From Candidatus Enterousia sp. (GTDB taxonomy: Bacteria > Pseudomonadota > Alphaproteobacteria > Rs-D84), in assembly GCA_045613785.1 (NCBI GenBank), contig JAZLBQ010000001.1, forward strand, positions 2,571 through 66,570: 64,000 nucleotides of DNA. Direction: 5' to 3'. The notes below the pieces were generated by a model that searched no databases, was not told where the DNA came from, and saw only the letters and a program-made list of their open reading frames with translations. Each line of letters begins with the position of its first letter. Position 1 is the first letter of the stretch. The position numbers and the translations under genes were made by a program. This document shows positions 63,135 through 64,000 of this stretch, piece by piece.

Positions 63135-64000
63135 ATGAAACGTGTGTTTATCAGGTTGTTTGGCTGTGTCTTGTCTGCAATCGGATTGGGGGCGTCGTAT
63201 GATACGACAATGACGCTTGTGATGGGCAAAGACAAGGCGCCAGGTTCAGCGTGGGCGGCAGCAAATGACAGTTGTTATTATAATTCTGGCTGTATTCCAT
63301 CAGGAATGTATACTAGTTCGTCTGGTATAACAGGTATAACAAGTGAGTGTAATAATGAAGATGGTGGGAAGTATAGCTATCATGTTCTTTTACGGCCTTT
63401 TTATGTTGGTTGGCTTAACAAGAGTTATTCGGGAACACCTATTACTGGAGAGTGGCCGTTGAATTTTGGCGGCAATAGTCGTGTGGATATCGATTATACC
63501 TTTAGTGGGACAGGTGGTATTTATCCACTTCAAGGGTCGTTTTATAAGTGTACTTCCAATACGCCGCAGGCCTCGACCACATTGAGCTTGTGTAGTCGTT
63601 ATGATGGTATTGGATATGGGACATCCACTGGTGTGGGTGATAGTCCAGATAATTTGTCTTTTAGAAACGGTTGTGTTCTAAATAGTGAAGAAGTTGGTGG
63701 AGTAAGTTATGATAACTATTATGCTGGCTCTAAAAGATATGGTGCGGTATATATGTATTCTCCTCAGCCGTTTATAGATTTGGGTTGTTGTTCGTATGGG
63801 GGGGGGTCTGGCTCTTCTGGTTCTACTTCTTCTGGTTCTGGTTCTTCTGGCTCTGGTGCTGCTTCTACTTCTGGAACAACTACGTCATGCAAGTGTTATT
63901 ATGCACAAGCGACACAGGAATATTCTTATTATTATTATAAAACGGCCTCTTCTACAGATACAGCTGGATGGGTTTATACACATACAGTTCCTTTTTATGA
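63135..64000 (+). CDS. secreted Cys-containing protein with Ser/Gly linker (hypothetical; 3' end beyond window)
   Basis: The ATG follows AGGAGAGGAAA. Hand translation gives MKRVFIRLFGCVLSAIGLGA.. and is open to nt 64000, so it is not in the ORF track. Contains CCSYGGGSGSSGSTSSGSGSSGSGAASTSG. Confidence 0.7.
   Translation, partial: MKRVFIRLFGCVLSAIGLGASYDTTMTLVMGKDKAPGSAWAAANDSCYYNSGCIPSGMYTSSSGITGITSECNNEDGGKYSYHVLLRPFYVGWLNKSYSGTPITGEWPLNFGGNSRVDIDYTFSGTGGIYPLQGSFYKCTSNTPQASTTLSLCSRYDGIGYGTSTGVGDSPDNLSFRNGCVLNSEEVGGVSYDNYYAGSKRYGAVYMYSPQPFIDLGCCSYGGGSGSSGSTSSGSGSSGSGAASTSGTTTSCKCYYAQATQEYSYYYYKTASSTDTAGWVYTHTVPFY
63798..63806 (+). repeat. G9 homopolymer inside the 63135.. CDS
   Basis: TATGGGGGGGGGTCT, encoding YGGG at the start of the Ser/Gly linker. 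Confidence 0.95.

Overview
This 64-kb chromosomal window is almost certainly from a moderately AT-rich alphaproteobacterium. Supporting evidence is a CcrM-type DPPY adenine methyltransferase, an envC-like/ctpA pair, rpsF-rpsR-rplI, rpsB-tsf and a tpiA/ppiD-like neighbourhood. A signal-peptide-bearing choloylglycine hydrolase hints at a gut or host habitat (inference). Recognisable housekeeping genes are infA, an adk-like kinase, rpsA, rpsF, rpsR, rplI, tyrS, envC-like, ctpA, ccrM, nrdR, slt, rnhB, pgk, ssb, rpsB, tsf, grpE, tpiA, ppiD-like, rpmB, clpB, tRNA-Gln(CUG) and tRNA-Leu(CAA). These are interleaved with a very large accessory secretome. (a) Four paralogues of an unrecognised giant secreted Cys-rich/coiled-coil family lie in the first 14.5 kb, one of them truncated by the window edge. 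(b) Three autotransporter-like proteins are present: a Pmp-repeat type, an intact S8-protease type, and an ankyrin plus pseudo-S8 type. (c) There are eukaryote-like CxxCP cysteine-repeat proteins. (d) Two tandem polyglycine-rich proteins sit directly upstream of an orphan MotA/MotB-like proton-channel pair and an OmpA lipoprotein with a Cys/His cluster. (e) A 4.9-kb three-ORF cassette is bracketed by a duplicated 5' half of tRNA-Gln. (f) A degenerate Fic/Doc-like gene plus a kinase gene is inserted between envC-like and ctpA. The best candidates for new biology are the Cys-rich family cluster (1..14508), the polyglycine + stator-like operon (31364..35360) and the tRNA-half-flanked cassette (19526..24505), which includes a gene split by one in-frame TAA. 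Poly-G tracts (G8-G10) occur only in or next to surface-protein genes, including one in a promoter spacer, which suggests phase variation. Most genes end in a stereotyped A-tract/TCCCC-loop-GGGGA/T-tract bidirectional terminator. I saw no rRNA, CRISPR array, transposase or integrase. All functional calls rest on motif recognition by eye; no database search was possible.
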